Positions 34,303 through 44,177 of a DNA stretch of 64,000 bases are shown one piece after another. This DNA is from a virus: the IMG/VR virus record IMGVR_UViG_3300045971_000528, positions 1 through 64,000 of that record; one strand, written 5' to 3'. Each line of letters begins with the position of its first letter. Position 1 is the first letter of the stretch. Under the pieces are notes generated by a model. That model made no database searches. It was given only the letters and a program-made list of their open reading frames with translations, and was not told where the DNA came from. The position numbers were made by a program, and so were the translations under genes.

Positions 34303-34631
34303 TTGTGGTCATCATCCGAGGGTGAACGTAGGGTGAACATGTCCTTTTGGCTAAAGGAGGACCGCTTGTTCTGAAAGAGCTTCAACTTGTCCAGGTTCAC
34401 GTCGTTGATTGTCATAGAGCCAAGACCGTAAGACAGCTCGAAGACGCTATAGCCCATTATGGTGCCTACGGTTGACGGCACCCATTCAAGCCCCTCGATC
34501 TGGCCACCTTCGCCCTTGTAGTAGACGCGAACCTCCGTGCCCTTCTTGAGCAGGTTCTTGATGATGGTCAGCACGAAGGGTGCCTCGTCAGGGAGGCGGC
34601 CTTCATCTTCGAACAGTTCAGAGACACGCAT
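34299..34631 (-). CDS. CTS-like protein, PLI-KG family (close paralogue of 33988)
   Basis: MRVSELFED..RLPDEAPFVLTIIKNLLKKGTEV. Confidence 0.8.
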   Translation of the reverse strand: MRVSELFEDEGRLPDEAPFVLTIIKNLLKKGTEVRVYYKGEGGQIEGLEWVPSTVGTIMGYSVFELSYGLGSMTINDVNLDKLKLFQNKRSSFSQKDMFTLRSPSDDDHK

Positions 34632-35068
34632 CAGTCATACTCCACGTAGAGGATGGTGCCGCGTTTGAATTGCTTTTCCATCTCGGGGCTGCTGATTGCC
34701 CACATCATGGCTGCGAGTATCTGTTGCTCAACAGTTTCTGGGTCTAGCACTTGGACAGCAGGACTTGCTTTCGCGTTGAAGACCTTGACACGATCTGCCT
34801 TCTCCATCAGGCGGCGTGCTACGGGAACAGCGACTTTCTTGGCATAGAGCTTGACGCGCAGCGGTCGATCCAGCAGTTCGTCATCATCCTCAATGACAAC
34901 CCCGAACTGAATCTGCATCTGCTCGTTCCACCTGTCGCTGTTAGAGTGTCTGGCGCGACTAACTTTCGTCCAGATCTTGAGGTCAAAGTCAATGCCACCC
35001 GCCACCAAGTAGTCTGCTTGGTTAGTACAGAGATCACGAAGATCGGAATGAGGAGTGACGTCGTTCAT
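34631..35068 (-). CDS. Hypothetical protein, distant WxGG family
   Basis: 145 aa ORF coupled on both sides. Confidence 0.65.
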   Translation of the reverse strand: MNDVTPHSDLRDLCTNQADYLVAGGIDFDLKIWTKVSRARHSNSDRWNEQMQIQFGVVIEDDDELLDRPLRVKLYAKKVAVPVARRLMEKADRVKVFNAKASPAVQVLDPETVEQQILAAMMWAISSPEMEKQFKRGTILYVEYD

Positions 35069-35922
35069 GCTAGGCGCCGATAGTACTTCTCGATGAGGTC
35101 ACCGAGCTGGGTGTTAGGGACCTGGAGCGCAGTCTTTGGAAGCACGGTGCCCTTTACCTTGGCAACGCCGCGTGACGCCCAGCGCGGGCCGTCGCTTGTC
35201 TGTTTCATCTGTGGTTTGTTGCAGATGTCGATGTATTCGTCGAGATCCTTGCCGTAGCCGCCGTATCCTGGCTTTGCAGTAGCATCACCACCTGCTACGT
35301 GCCACATGTAGAACAGTTCACCGGTCAGTCTACTGTTGGCAACAGGATCTTCTTCAATCCGAGCCATCATCTTCTTCAAGGACTTGTGAACTGCGGGTGT
35401 TACGTTGGCGTAGATGGTTCCCCACAGTCCGCGTACCTTGTCAGAGGAGGCCATCAGATCGACGCGAAACGGGAGCCCAATGTCCGCACGCTCTTCACCA
35501 AAGGAGACGTACCACCGGCACCATGCACGATAGACATTGTCCCCGAAGTCCTTCATCTCCACTGACCTGAGAGCATCCATGACCTCGTCTTCGGTCATCG
35601 AGACCTTGACCTTGGGTCCATTAGAGGAGCTGTTCGGGTAGACAGAGACCTTGCGGCCATCTTCTGTGTAGGACATCAATAGCTTGCCAAGCGCCTTGAG
35701 GAAGACCCGGCATCTGGCATCGAACGTCATCAGGTGCTTCCTGTCAGCGGTGTTGCCACCCTTTGGTGACAGACTTCCGCCGTACCAGCAACCGTCTTTC
35801 ATGAAGCCAACCATCTCGGACCACGTAACATCGTACTTGGCTGCTAGCTCACGCATGTCCTTGTTGAGACCCTTGCCGATCTCGAACGTGTTCGTCTCCA
35901 TGATGAGCTCTGTCACTCGCAT
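35065..35922 (-). CDS. CTS-like protein, WxGG family
   Basis: MRVTELIME start; KGLNK..ELAA; CWYGGSLSPKGG. Confidence 0.8.
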   Translation of the reverse strand: MRVTELIMETNTFEIGKGLNKDMRELAAKYDVTWSEMVGFMKDGCWYGGSLSPKGGNTADRKHLMTFDARCRVFLKALGKLLMSYTEDGRKVSVYPNSSSNGPKVKVSMTEDEVMDALRSVEMKDFGDNVYRAWCRWYVSFGEERADIGLPFRVDLMASSDKVRGLWGTIYANVTPAVHKSLKKMMARIEEDPVANSRLTGELFYMWHVAGGDATAKPGYGGYGKDLDEYIDICNKPQMKQTSDGPRWASRGVAKVKGTVLPKTALQVPNTQLGDLIEKYYRRLA

Positions 35923-36827
35923 CAGATGTGCTGCCGTAGGAACTGATCGAAGGCTTCCATGTCAATGCGCTGGCTGCTCATTGGCAGAACCTTACGAGAG
36001 ATCTCCATGTAGGCCATTGCGACTGGCTGTGGGCACTCTTGACCAGTGACCTTGCCGAGGTAGGCTCCGAGGGCGTTGCGCATCTTGCGGAACTTCTCAG
36101 TCTCGCCTGTGATTGGCTTGACGCTGACGCGGCCGTTCCAGTACTGTTCGCCTGAGTGAGCTCGCTTGAAATTCCGGAAGTCTAGATCAATGCGCTTGGC
36201 TTTCTCGATGGTCATGGTGCCACCACAGTCGATCGCCATGGATTCTTTGGGGTTGTACTCCATCGAATGACCCCTTGCGCGCCGTTCGATTTCTTCAGGA
36301 TCCTTTGGATCTGTTGGCCCGTAGAAACGGCCAGTGAATCGAACAGCGATCGTGCCGGCCATCGAGGCAGGTTGGCTGACATACCATGCAAGGCATGGCA
36401 TCACTGGAGCCGTGACGTTGCCAGGTGGAAAATTGTCGACAGCAGCGGCTATTAGCTTTGCGAGTGCCTCACCCGCCTTGACTTCTTCCTTGTGCTTGGA
36501 TCGTTCAGCACCGGCAGCGACCATCACAGTACGACCATCAGCGATGTAGCCTTCGAGTTTCTTGGCCAGCATCTGCAAAAAGCCCTTGCGGCGGATGTCT
36601 AGCCGAATGCGACCCTTGTCTGGATCCTCATTGCGGCTGCCGCCCTTTGGACCTAGGCCGCCACCATACCAGCCGCCTTCAGCGCCAACCTGCGGCCAGC
36701 CCATGCCTGCGACCAAGGTGAGGTCGAGCTCGGCAGCAAGATCCTTGAACTCCTTGTTCATGCCCTTGATGGCGGCAAACGGATCTGTGGGTTCGGAAGT
36801 GTCTTCGTGAAGTTCTGAAATCAGCAT
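35922..36827 (-). CDS. CTS-like protein, WxGG family
   Basis: MLISELHE start; KGMNK..DLAA; GWYGGGLGPKGG; TAAATA near 36849. Confidence 0.8.
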   Translation of the reverse strand: MLISELHEDTSEPTDPFAAIKGMNKEFKDLAAELDLTLVAGMGWPQVGAEGGWYGGGLGPKGGSRNEDPDKGRIRLDIRRKGFLQMLAKKLEGYIADGRTVMVAAGAERSKHKEEVKAGEALAKLIAAAVDNFPPGNVTAPVMPCLAWYVSQPASMAGTIAVRFTGRFYGPTDPKDPEEIERRARGHSMEYNPKESMAIDCGGTMTIEKAKRIDLDFRNFKRAHSGEQYWNGRVSVKPITGETEKFRKMRNALGAYLGKVTGQECPQPVAMAYMEISRKVLPMSSQRIDMEAFDQFLRQHI

Positions 36828-36865
36828 GTAAGCTCCAATGGCTGGAGCTATTTACGCCGGTGGGA

Positions 36866-37306
36866 TCAGAACAGTGGATGAACCAATCGCACTCGAAAGC
36901 GGGCTTCAGCCACGTACGTCGCTCCGCTCTTCGTGATGAAGCTCTTGTTGGTTGTCTGGGCCTCCAGATTCGCAACGGTGAGCGCGCTCTGTTCGGCGGT
37001 AAGCGTATTAGCCCCATCTGCCCGAAGGACACCCCATGTCCCTGGCATGACCTGGGGTAGGCCGTCAGCCAGCAGCTTGTAGATGACTTTGATGCGGATC
37101 CGGAACGGCATATCCTGAGCAAACTCATCGACGACGGAATCCACCTTGAACCCGACGGTCCAGCCGTCGAACATGGTCGAGGTCTTCAAGACCTCAACCT
37201 GCATGTTGAAGCCGAGTTCCATCTCGCGGTTGTACTTCTCGAGAGCAGCCACAAGCTGCCGCTGGAAGTCGTCAGCGGACGGTTTCGCGGTGACAGCGTA
37301 GGCCAT
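36866..37306 (-). CDS. Hypothetical protein
   Basis: 146 aa ORF coupled to the upstream gene. Confidence 0.65.
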   Translation of the reverse strand: MAYAVTAKPSADDFQRQLVAALEKYNREMELGFNMQVEVLKTSTMFDGWTVGFKVDSVVDEFAQDMPFRIRIKVIYKLLADGLPQVMPGTWGVLRADGANTLTAEQSALTVANLEAQTTNKSFITKSGATYVAEARFRVRLVHPLF

Positions 37307-38217
37307 CAGGCAGCCAATCCAGCTTGCTTCAGCTGCTTGTGGGAAGCCGACTGCTTAGTCGCATGGTAGCGAGTCGCTTGCTGCATCCAACGATGGGTGG
37401 CTCCCTTCACAAGACCTTGAGGGCAGTAGACACGCTCTCCAGTGAAGAGGTCGGTGACCATGCCCTGGATCTTGCGGGTGCCGAAGCGCTCACGTTCATG
37501 CTGGTTCAGTTCTTCCCAGGTCTTTGTCAGACGAGAGGTCTGCTGGCCGAGCATCTTACTCCACCCCACGAAGAAGGTCTGCGGCTGAACGCCGTGGTGT
37601 CCTGGGCGGACGAAGGTGATGGTGGCAATCGGCACGTCCTTCACCTCGAAGTGGTACCAGACACCGTCGACCAAGCGGAGAACGTTGTCCTTGTCCAGCC
37701 AGCGAGTGACCGCGAAGTCTTCGGCTGCCGCACGTTCGGACCTGATCCTCTTGGCAGATTTTTGACCCAGCTTTTGGGTGCGCTTGACGGTACCGTCCTT
37801 CGGGCAGACGTAGTAGTCGTGGTAGAGTTCCTTGATGGGAACGTAGCCCTTGTCGGACCAGCGCTGAAGAGCAACCACCTGACCAGCTTCGTTGAGCTTG
37901 GTGTTGACCTGAATCAGACGGGCGAGATCATCGTGAACGTCGTGATTGGTCTTGGTCTGCGCGGCGACCTTGGCACAGAACTCGCTGTAGCACTTGTCCC
38001 ACTTCTTGCCGACGCAGGAGCGGAGCCAACCTTCGAGGACGCTGTTGTTGGTGTGCTTCTCTTTGCGGTCATCCCAACTGTCGTAGCGGCGCTTCATCGA
38101 CTCGCGACCACCGACCTCGTCATCTGCGAACCCCTTGTCGCGGCGATGTTCCTTGAACCCACGGCCAGAGCCGTAACGTTCGGGTTCGGTCAGTACCTTG
38201 GCGAAGTCTTCACGCAT
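37306..38217 (-). CDS. Basic hypothetical protein
   Basis: 303 aa; LRSCVGKKWDKCYSE, YVCPKDG. Confidence 0.75.
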   Translation of the reverse strand: MREDFAKVLTEPERYGSGRGFKEHRRDKGFADDEVGGRESMKRRYDSWDDRKEKHTNNSVLEGWLRSCVGKKWDKCYSEFCAKVAAQTKTNHDVHDDLARLIQVNTKLNEAGQVVALQRWSDKGYVPIKELYHDYYVCPKDGTVKRTQKLGQKSAKRIRSERAAAEDFAVTRWLDKDNVLRLVDGVWYHFEVKDVPIATITFVRPGHHGVQPQTFFVGWSKMLGQQTSRLTKTWEELNQHERERFGTRKIQGMVTDLFTGERVYCPQGLVKGATHRWMQQATRYHATKQSASHKQLKQAGLAA

Positions 38218-38220
38218 CGA

Positions 38221-38553
38221 TCATTCCTTGAAACGGTCTTTCAGTTGTTCACACGACGGGGTGCGGCAGGCAGTTCCAACGCCACCGCTTCCACACGGGC
38301 AGCTACGAACCCAGCGCCACTGGTTGATGAGGTCGGGGTTCAACTGCGGAACTTCACCGAGACGGCCCTTGGCCGCGTAGAGATAGCCAGCCTTGAACTC
38401 GACGAGAACGCCGAAGACCCGCACCTTGGCGTATTTATCGCCGTCGTACTGCACTGGTGTGCATTCGCGGACTGGAGCGTCCTTGCCGGGCTCGTCGCCC
38501 AGGTGAATCATCGGGTAGTCGGTCCAGGCACGGAGGGTAGAGGTAGTATCCAT
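38221..38553 (-). CDS. Hypothetical protein with Cys-rich C-terminus
   Basis: AWTDYP..LGD..G..APVR, YDGDKY; CPCGSG; start just after TACAAT. Confidence 0.7.
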   Translation of the reverse strand: MDTTSTLRAWTDYPMIHLGDEPGKDAPVRECTPVQYDGDKYAKVRVFGVLVEFKAGYLYAAKGRLGEVPQLNPDLINQWRWVRSCPCGSGGVGTACRTPSCEQLKDRFKE

Positions 38554-38583
38554 ATTGGATTGTATCACAGTTTGTTGAATGAA

Positions 38584-38607
38584 GCACAAGGCCCGAAGGC
38601 CTTGTGC
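38584..38607 (-). terminator. cUUCGg hairpin terminator
   Basis: GCACAAGGCC-TTCG-GGCCTTGTGC. Confidence 0.75.
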
Positions 38608-38627
38608 AGGTTGAAGAGCGGACTCGA

Positions 38628-40361
38628 TCAGTTGCCGAACGGAACCAGATCGACCACCACTCGGGTGCCGACGCTGATCACGCCGCGGTTGGCGACTTCA
38701 CCCGTCTCGAAGTTCAGTTCGACGTACATGCGGTCGGAGTTCTTGGTGTTGACCACTTCGATCATGGCCGTCGTGTCGAACATCGTGAACGCCTTCGGGA
38801 AGAGACCCAACGCATCGGTGTTGAAGTAGCGGAAGGTCTTGGCCTTCACGTCGTACTTCGTGAACTCGTTCATGGACTGATTCACGCAGGTGGCCTGGCC
38901 GTTGTACAGCTTGGCGTACTGCGGGTTCTGCGAACCGTACACATCAGCCGACGTGACTTGGCCGGCGACGTGTTGGAGGTACGTCGTTTCGCCAGTGGCC
39001 GAGTTCCACAGCGTGCAACGGGTGGACATCCAGGTGGAGCCGCTGCGGCCGGCGTGACCGTAACCTGGCTCGCTCGTCCACTTCGGCATCGCAAAACCGC
39101 CGGTGCCGGATGTGGGCGCCAACGTCTGGAAGAACACGCCGTCCTTGTACATGGCGTAGGTGCCGGTGACCGGATCAGAGACGCCGTAGGAGAACTTCGG
39201 AGCTGCGGTCCACAGAGTGGAGGCGCCGGTCTTCGGGTCGATGATGTGAACGCCGTCATTCTGGTTCGACTTGATCGTGCCGTCGGCATCGACGAAGTTG
39301 CCCCAAGTGAACGAGGTAGAAACGGCGGAGTTGCGCACCATCTTGAAGCCGGTGGAGCCCTTCTCGTAGACCAGAACACCGACGAAGGCACGATCGGCAG
39401 AGGTACCGACCAGGTACTGGCCGTTGTAGGCAATGGAACCGTTGCCGGTCTTGACCTTGGCGTCCAGCGACGTGAGGTCAGTCAGGGTGGCGGTGTAGTT
39501 GTCGGAGACATCCAGCACACGGATCTGGCCGCCTGCGTAGATCAGGACGGCTGACTGGCTGGTGTTGAAGGCCTCGTCACCAGCGGGAATCACGGTGGTG
39601 ATTGAGTCGGCAGTGACGGTGGTGTCGAAGACGGTGCCGTCACCAGCGATCACGAATTCGCCGGTGCGGAAGGTGACGTTGCAGTCCTTGTCGACGGTGT
39701 CGGGAACCTGCATCTTCGCCAGCATGTGGCCCTTGACCGGATCCAGCGTCCAGATCTTCTCGACCACGACTTCAGTGTTCGAGGTGTTGCAGTTCAGGGT
39801 GGCATTGCTCTTGGTTGTCAGTTGGGCACCGAGGCTGGTCAGCTTGCCATTCACCAGCTTGTTCGTGAAACCGTGGTTCGAACCGTGATTCAGCTTCGGG
39901 CGGTCATCGGCGAGTGCGTCGCCCATGATCGGCGACATCAGCTTGTAGAAGGCCGTCGTGATGGTGTCGAAGAAGGCGCTCGCCACGGTTGTGTTGCCGG
40001 CGGTGCGAGCCAGGATGTCCTTGCGGGTCAGACTCAGGCGCGTGATGCCGACCTTGACAGGTGCTGCTGACGGGGTCGGTGCAACGGCGACAGGCGGGGG
40101 AGTCACGACCACTGGCGTCGGTGCGACAGCGACAGGATCGGGTGCAACAACGACAGGATCGGGTGCAACAACAACAGGCGCAGAGAGTGCGGGCGGGGTC
40201 GAAGCGACGGGGGCATCGGCAATAGGAGCCGAAGTGCCAGTCGCGGGGGCGGGCGAAGACGAGGTGCTGGATGGGGTATCACTTCCACCGCCGCCGCAGG
40301 CGGTCAGTGCGGCCGCCAGTGCCAGGGTTGAGAAGGAAAACAGCTTGCGTTGAGTGCTCAC
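38628..40361 (-). CDS. Large lipoprotein with Pro-rich linker and beta-rich domain
   Basis: Lipobox ALAAALTA-C-GGGGS; VAPDPV repeats. Confidence 0.85.
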   Translation of the reverse strand: MSTQRKLFSFSTLALAAALTACGGGGSDTPSSTSSSPAPATGTSAPIADAPVASTPPALSAPVVVAPDPVVVAPDPVAVAPTPVVVTPPPVAVAPTPSAAPVKVGITRLSLTRKDILARTAGNTTVASAFFDTITTAFYKLMSPIMGDALADDRPKLNHGSNHGFTNKLVNGKLTSLGAQLTTKSNATLNCNTSNTEVVVEKIWTLDPVKGHMLAKMQVPDTVDKDCNVTFRTGEFVIAGDGTVFDTTVTADSITTVIPAGDEAFNTSQSAVLIYAGGQIRVLDVSDNYTATLTDLTSLDAKVKTGNGSIAYNGQYLVGTSADRAFVGVLVYEKGSTGFKMVRNSAVSTSFTWGNFVDADGTIKSNQNDGVHIIDPKTGASTLWTAAPKFSYGVSDPVTGTYAMYKDGVFFQTLAPTSGTGGFAMPKWTSEPGYGHAGRSGSTWMSTRCTLWNSATGETTYLQHVAGQVTSADVYGSQNPQYAKLYNGQATCVNQSMNEFTKYDVKAKTFRYFNTDALGLFPKAFTMFDTTAMIEVVNTKNSDRMYVELNFETGEVANRGVISVGTRVVVDLVPFGN

Positions 40362-40437
40362 GTTATGCTCCGGTAGGTCCTGCGGGATCTTCCCCGCCTG
40401 TGGTATCAGAGGTGTTCAATCTCTGTTTCAGTAAGAT

Positions 40438-40481
40438 ATTGTAAGTCGCAGCCTGCTAGATGTACACAACAAGAGTGTAAC
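40438..40481 (-). promoter_or_regulatory. GTTACA-box promoter
   Basis: GTTACA-N9-TGTACA-N17-TACAAT. Confidence 0.7.
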
Positions 40482-40618
40482 GACCTGGACTTGTAACTAG
40501 GGGCCGTAGCCGCTTGCCCACACGCAAACGTACCCAGGATCCGCTTCGTACAGATCGAGGAACTCGTCGTACGTCATCATGCCGAGGTATTCATCGCCGT
40601 ACCAAACTTCGACCATGA

Positions 40619-41050
40619 TCAAAGCACCTGCAGTTTCGAGAAATCGCGGACATGGGCGTTTTCGTACCAGAGCCGGCCTTGAACGCTTTCCTGCGTCAAC
40701 CGACCCGTGCGCTTCAATTCTTCTTGTTCGTTCTCGGATGAAGTGATGCGGACGCAGGCCGACGGTGTGCACTGGATGATGTACACCGATTGCGTGACGA
40801 TGTTGACCTTCTTGAGATTGGGGCAGAAGCGCTCGAGCCGCTGGTACAGCGATCGTTCCTCGACGATATTCATCCACCGTTCGGGATAGAAGAACGTGAC
40901 CTCGGTCAATTCGGGATTCACACGCTCTTCATCGAACACTTGGCGCAGAACGCCTTGGCCCATGTGAAGTTGAAATTCGAGGTTGTCATCTCGCATGTGC
41001 GGGCGACGTTGCACGAGAACGAGTAGTTCGAAAGGGTAGTTCATGTTCAA
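40619..41050 (-). CDS. Hypothetical protein
   Basis: 143 aa ORF; YPE and TQSVYII motifs. Confidence 0.7.
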   Translation of the reverse strand: MNMNYPFELLVLVQRRPHMRDDNLEFQLHMGQGVLRQVFDEERVNPELTEVTFFYPERWMNIVEERSLYQRLERFCPNLKKVNIVTQSVYIIQCTPSACVRITSSENEQEELKRTGRLTQESVQGRLWYENAHVRDFSKLQVL

Positions 41051-41370
41051 GCCGTGTTGAGAGTTGCGCCGATCTGCTTGGTGACTTCGCGTTCGCGCTG
41101 ATGGGCTTCAGCCTTGCCACGCACACGCTCCATCACTTCCACGACGAAGGCTTCGGCTCCGTGTTGGCGAATGGCCTTGCACAGGGTCCAGTCCTTGGCT
41201 TGAGTGAGGGCGCGGGTAACGTGTCGTTGCCAACGGCCTTCGACTGCCTTCTTCGGGGAAAGACCCGAGCAGACGGTCATTCCGATGTAGACCTCAGCGG
41301 TCGGCTTGCACGTGACCTTGTAGATCGCGTGCATACGGTCTGACCGCTTCTTGCGCTTTACTTGTTCCAT
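41047..41370 (-). CDS. Small GIY-YIG domain protein
   Basis: AIYKVTC..EVYIGMT..RWQRH, AHQRE, LN. Confidence 0.8.
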   Translation of the reverse strand: MEQVKRKKRSDRMHAIYKVTCKPTAEVYIGMTVCSGLSPKKAVEGRWQRHVTRALTQAKDWTLCKAIRQHGAEAFVVEVMERVRGKAEAHQREREVTKQIGATLNTA

Positions 41371-41422
41371 AAGCCATTATACATCAACTTGACGTTGAGA
41401 TGTGGCTAAAGTGTAACCGTCG

Positions 41423-42178
41423 TTACTTGACTGGGGCGCCTGGTACTACCGGGGCGGTGTCCATCTTGCGTGCCTTCGACAGCGAATGGATCTGGGCTGC
41501 AGCGGCAGCGAGCTGACGACGAACAGTCAACAGCGTGTAGTAGACCTGAGACACTGCGGTCTTGCGGTCTTGGCCAGCAGGAGCATCTGCTGGAGTAGCC
41601 ATCAGCTTCCGCTCAAGCAGGTCTGCCCCACCGTCGATGTTGAGGGTGAGAGCGGTCTTGTCGAGGGTCAGCACGTCAGTGATGAACTTGGCATGCGTGG
41701 TGATGAACTTGTCGTTGTTCGGCCCGACGTTGGCGAACTGACCTGCCTTCACAGCAGCAATGGCACGGTCGGCTTCTTGAACAGTGATGATGCCTTGCTG
41801 TTGAGCTGCACGCTGGAACTGCTTGTGCATCTCTTCGCAGGCTGAGGACATGGCCGTGAAGGTCGTGTAGGCGCCTGCAGCTTCGTCCTTGGTGCGCAGC
41901 AGATCAACGAACGTTGTCATGTTCGGCGTCGTCTTCGGCGCCCTAAGAATTGCTTGTAGCGTCTGTGTGGCTGCTGCAAGGATCTTTCGGTGCTGGTCAG
42001 GCGACAGCTTCTTGAGGACCTTCTTGTGCTCTCGCTCGACATCGCTGTATGCAGAGCGCCAGCCAGTTCTGATGTCAGACACCACTTGGCGCAGGCCTGC
42101 AGTGATGTTGTCCTCACCACCAGCCGAGTACTCGAGGAGCAGGTGCTCCTTGAACGATGGCAAGTTAGCTTCCCGCAT
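41423..42178 (-). CDS. Late protein with CTS-like leader (SFKEHLLLE)
   Basis: 251 aa helical ORF. Confidence 0.7.
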   Translation of the reverse strand: MREANLPSFKEHLLLEYSAGGEDNITAGLRQVVSDIRTGWRSAYSDVEREHKKVLKKLSPDQHRKILAAATQTLQAILRAPKTTPNMTTFVDLLRTKDEAAGAYTTFTAMSSACEEMHKQFQRAAQQQGIITVQEADRAIAAVKAGQFANVGPNNDKFITTHAKFITDVLTLDKTALTLNIDGGADLLERKLMATPADAPAGQDRKTAVSQVYYTLLTVRRQLAAAAAQIHSLSKARKMDTAPVVPGAPVK

Positions 42179-42902
42179 TGATCAGCTCGGCCTTCAGGGC
42201 GCGGTAGGCGGTGTCGACTTCACCAAGCTGAGTAACGAAGTCGCCATTGAGGGATGCAGCAGAGGTGCTGAAGTTGTCATCAGTCACCTGCATCCAGTTT
42301 TCCCAGCGTGGTGAGTGAACGATCTTCTCGATCTCGCCAATTTGAACACCAACCTTGAGCAGCTCTTCAGTGAAGTCGCCGCTGTCGTCGTAGTCCTTGG
42401 CTTCAGTCAGACGACCTTCAGCAACCTTGCCACGAACGGTGACAGTGCGACCGTTCTCGTCCTGAATGGTGTGGCTGTCGCCAGAGGAACGGATGATCTT
42501 CTTGGCACGAGTGACTGTGGTCTTGCCGCCAACAGTGCTCACGATGTTCTTGCCTTCATCGCCTTGATCAGCGGCGCCAGCCATCGCTTCATCTACGTCG
42601 CGATGTGCTTCACCTGCTTCATCGGCCATCAAGTCGACTTCAATGTGCGTCATGTGCTTTTCAACGAGACGCTTGAAATCTTCGAAGGCATTCGCTAGTA
42701 CATGAGAACTCATGGGACCTGCGAAATGTTCGATTGAGCCACCAACCCCAAGGGCGTCTTCGAGATCAGCTAGACTGTCATTGACGTAGTCAAGGACGGC
42801 ATGAAACTGGTGTGATGAGACGCCTTCCTGAATGGCTGGAGCTTGCTCCTGCACTTGAGCCGGGCGGAGGGAAGAGAGTTCTTGCAGACGTGAAAGGGAC
42901 AT
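42165..42902 (-). CDS. Acidic late protein, possible head internal protein
   Basis: IQE-G, VDE-A, LTE-A candidate protease sites; TAAATA near 42927. Confidence 0.7.
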   Translation of the reverse strand: MSLSRLQELSSLRPAQVQEQAPAIQEGVSSHQFHAVLDYVNDSLADLEDALGVGGSIEHFAGPMSSHVLANAFEDFKRLVEKHMTHIEVDLMADEAGEAHRDVDEAMAGAADQGDEGKNIVSTVGGKTTVTRAKKIIRSSGDSHTIQDENGRTVTVRGKVAEGRLTEAKDYDDSGDFTEELLKVGVQIGEIEKIVHSPRWENWMQVTDDNFSTSAASLNGDFVTQLGEVDTAYRALKAELINAGS

Positions 42903-42947
42903 GAGAGTCTCCGGATGTTCGTAGCTTATTTATCGTTCCGGACAGCA

Positions 42948-42969
42948 GAATGGGCCCGAAGGCCCATTC
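42948..42969 (-). terminator. cUUCGg hairpin terminator
   Basis: GAATGGGCC-TTCG-GGCCCATTC. Confidence 0.75.
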
Positions 42970-43017
42970 ATTTTGCGCGCGCTATCTTGAAGCTAATGCT
43001 ATAAATCGGCGGCGGAG

Positions 43018-43482
43018 TTATGGTGTTGGTTCTTCTTCAGGCGGAAGATCGGTAGGAGCTCCATCCAGGTCTTCGTCTGGCGGTGTTTCGTCTTCTGGTG
43101 CAGGTTCAGCCGGCTCATCGAAGGCGCCTGTGTCCTGCTGCATGCCGGTTCCCCAAGCCTGATGCAGGTCGTCGACCGCATTAAACAGCGTCTCGATAGC
43201 AGAGTGCACTGCATCAAGAGCACCCATATCTCCGCCAGCCTTGACACCAATGTGGTGCAGCTTGTGTGCCTGACCTGTAGCACCTGGTGCATGCTTGAAG
43301 ATGGACTCGATTTCCTCGAGCTTGTTGCGGGCCTGGTCGATCTTGTCGTAGAAGCGAACGATCTCCGCACGCGACAAAACGGGGTGCGGCTTTGGGCCCA
43401 TCCCGTATTCGTCTTGATCTTCAGTGATCGGAGTGGCTGATTCGTGCAGGCTCAGCAGACCCGAGAGGGTTGTGAAGGACAT
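43018..43482 (-). CDS. Acidic late protein
   Basis: LHE-S and ITE-D sites; acidic tail; TAAATA near 43506. Confidence 0.7.
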   Translation of the reverse strand: MSFTTLSGLLSLHESATPITEDQDEYGMGPKPHPVLSRAEIVRFYDKIDQARNKLEEIESIFKHAPGATGQAHKLHHIGVKAGGDMGALDAVHSAIETLFNAVDDLHQAWGTGMQQDTGAFDEPAEPAPEDETPPDEDLDGAPTDLPPEEEPTP

Positions 43483-43508
43483 AGGAACTCCATGTTGGAT
43501 GCTCCTAT

Positions 43509-44177
43509 TTATGCCCGGTTCCGCTCATATTGCAGCTCGTCCAGCCATGCCATGAACTCCCGATAGACCTCGATTGCTGGCTTCGGCGGCTCGAAATCCT
43601 GCAGTTCGACGATCCCGATGTTCAGCAACCGCGTCCAGTTGGTGCCACGACTCGGCATCAGGTGGTAGGCCTCGATCGTGAGGGCGTACATGTCGGCCCA
43701 CTTGATGATGTCACGGGTTGTGGAATCCGGTTCTGACAGGCCGAGGGATTGCCAGATGGTTTCCATCATGCGCTGCTCGATAGCACCGTATGCCTCCTTC
43801 ATTCCCGGTAGCTGCTTCAGCGGGGTGGGTAGGTCGAGCAAGTAGGCCTCGCTGCCATCATGCACATGCGAATGAAGAAGGACGGTACCGGTGATGTAGT
43901 GCGCAACCTCACCGTGGAAGTGGGTTTCGTTGTAGAAGCTCTGCCGAAGACCTGTCTCTTTGGGATCCTTCAAGCGCTGAACGATCTTGGCGACTGCTGT
44001 GGAGTGTTGTCCTACCGTGTAGGGCAGGGTGGTCATGGTGTGACCTGCATACCGAGGCATGCGACTGAGTGCCCACCCCATGTCACGATGGTCGATCTGC
44101 TCCACCTTCGGATCGAGGAGGTCGATATAGAGACCACTCACGGTCTCGATGCAGTTGGTTCCAACTGGTGTGTTCAT
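43509..44177 (-). CDS. HD-domain phosphohydrolase (YfbR/YfdR-like)
   Basis: LSRMPRYAGH, YTVGQHS, HDGSEAYLLDLPTPLK, KWAD. Confidence 0.9.
   Translation of the reverse strand: MNTPVGTNCIETVSGLYIDLLDPKVEQIDHRDMGWALSRMPRYAGHTMTTLPYTVGQHSTAVAKIVQRLKDPKETGLRQSFYNETHFHGEVAHYITGTVLLHSHVHDGSEAYLLDLPTPLKQLPGMKEAYGAIEQRMMETIWQSLGLSEPDSTTRDIIKWADMYALTIEAYHLMPSRGTNWTRLLNIGIVELQDFEPPKPAIEVYREFMAWLDELQYERNRA

Noticed and set aside
37324-39554. Long ORFs 37324-38829 and 38604-39554 (also 29801-31048, 2164-3144, 62161-63045)
   Set aside because: They are shadows of well-supported minus-strand genes in GC-rich codon usage and have no recognisable motifs.
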